Below, piece after piece: positions 63,508-64,000 of a stretch of DNA of 64,000 nt. How positions within the stretch are numbered: the stretch's first letter is position 1; every line of letters begins with the position of its first letter. The DNA is from Pseudomonadota bacterium. GTDB taxonomy: Bacteria; Myxococcota_A; UBA9160; SZUA-336. A program made the position numbers and the translations under genes. Location: positions 31,986 through 95,985 of the forward strand of contig JAGWBS010000002.1 in NCBI GenBank assembly GCA_021295775.1, given 5' to 3'. The notes beneath the pieces were generated by a model. That model made no database searches, had not been told where the DNA came from, and saw only the letters and a program-made list of their open reading frames with translations.

Positions 63508-63885
63508 GTGGCCAACGAACCCGAAGCCAGACAGATCGCGGACATCAAGTTCGACCGCAAGAACCTCTACCGCGAAGAGACCATCACCGACCTCAAGGTC
63601 GGGACGATCCAGCGGCTCACGCCGATCAAGGTCGACGGCACCAAGGACCAGAGCCGCCCCCACCTGTTCGTAGGCCAGACGCAGCTCCTCTCGCAGAGCG
63701 GTCCCGTTCCGGTCTCGTCGCGGATCGAAGCCGAGACGCTGGAGGAGGCGATCCGGCTGTTTCCCGAAACCATGCAGAAGGCGGTCGAGCGGCTGGTGGA
63801 CGAGGTGAAGCAGCTTCAGCGCGAACAGATGGGCCGGATCGTCGTGCCGGGCCAGACACCGGGCGGGCCCAAGATCATCACTTGA
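63508..63885 (+). CDS. Conserved-looking hypothetical cytoplasmic protein
   Basis: GTG at 63508 with GGGAGAG upstream, in frame within track ORF 62653..63885 (whose upstream part is junk antisense to xthA). 125 aa: VANEPEARQIADIKFDRKNLYREETITDLKVGTIQRLTPIK... No motif recognised. Confidence 0.5.
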   Translation: MANEPEARQIADIKFDRKNLYREETITDLKVGTIQRLTPIKVDGTKDQSRPHLFVGQTQLLSQSGPVPVSSRIEAETLEEAIRLFPETMQKAVERLVDEVKQLQREQMGRIVVPGQTPGGPKIIT

Positions 63886-63915
63886 GCGTCGCCGCCCCCA
63901 GGGGGCGGAGGCGGA

Positions 63916-64000
63916 TCAGCCGTCCTCGGCGATCTGAAGCGCCTGCCGCGGGCAGAGCCGGACCGCAGCCTCGACCTTGGCGCGAAGTTCCTCGCCGGGA
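63916..64000 (-). CDS. C-terminal end of a ferredoxin-like protein (gene starts beyond the window end)
   Basis: Hand translation gives ...PGEELRAKVEAAVRLCPRQALQIAEDG*. The CPxxAL ending is typical of small single-cluster ferredoxins. Only 28 codons are visible. Confidence 0.3.
   Translation of the reverse strand, partial: PGEELRAKVEAAVRLCPRQALQIAEDG

Overview
Very GC-rich (judged by eye, not computed), densely coding bacterial chromosomal segment. I can support about 58 protein genes. I found no rRNA, tRNA, CRISPR array, transposase or integrase. Gene content (sigma-54 NtrC/NtrB pair, PtsP, YifB, PEGA and FGE-like domain proteins, giant Asp-loop repeat proteins, lipoboxes, TonB/ExbBD) suggests a Gram-negative, possibly deltaproteobacterial or Myxococcota-like organism, but that is a guess. 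Layout: (i) 0.5-13.9 kb is an acyl-CoA/xenobiotic-type catabolic neighbourhood: MFS, acyl-CoA ligase, three SDRs, thioesterase, epoxide hydrolase, esterase, ALDH, ADH, BKACE and D-aminoacylase. (ii) 13.9-22.3 kb holds envelope and housekeeping genes: SppA, acyltransferase, TauE, threonine aldolase, YifB and an M28 peptidase. (iii) 22.4-38.0 kb is the standout: two convergent operons. The plus-strand operon encodes ExbB, ExbD, two lipoproteins, a TM/helical/PEGA-like protein and two tandem paralogs that fuse an ExbD/TolR/MotB-type Asp-bearing membrane anchor to a coiled coil and a VWA (MIDAS) domain. The minus-strand operon encodes TonB, an approximately 1105-aa secreted protein with about 40 Dx[DN]xDG-type repeats, a 370-aa paralog, a TM-PEGA-FGE-like protein lacking the FGE cysteines, an untracked 42-codon membrane micro-ORF and an orphan 4-TM MotA-like channel. 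I do not recognise this combination as a described system. I propose it as a candidate proton-motive-force-driven envelope or surface machine. (iv) 38.3-64 kb is housekeeping: NRDE protein, FolC, an acyl-CoA dehydrogenase pair, acetoacetyl-CoA synthetase, Asd, a nucleoside transporter, ThiE, NtrC/NtrB, MoeA, RfaE-like, AsmA-like, PtsP, Fur with a Fur box and Bfd, a PD-(D/E)XK nuclease, CysE, a 2OG oxygenase and XthA. Many long ORFs in the supplied track are alternate-frame or antisense artefacts of high GC content and were rejected. Several starts were re-trimmed by me from the sequence.
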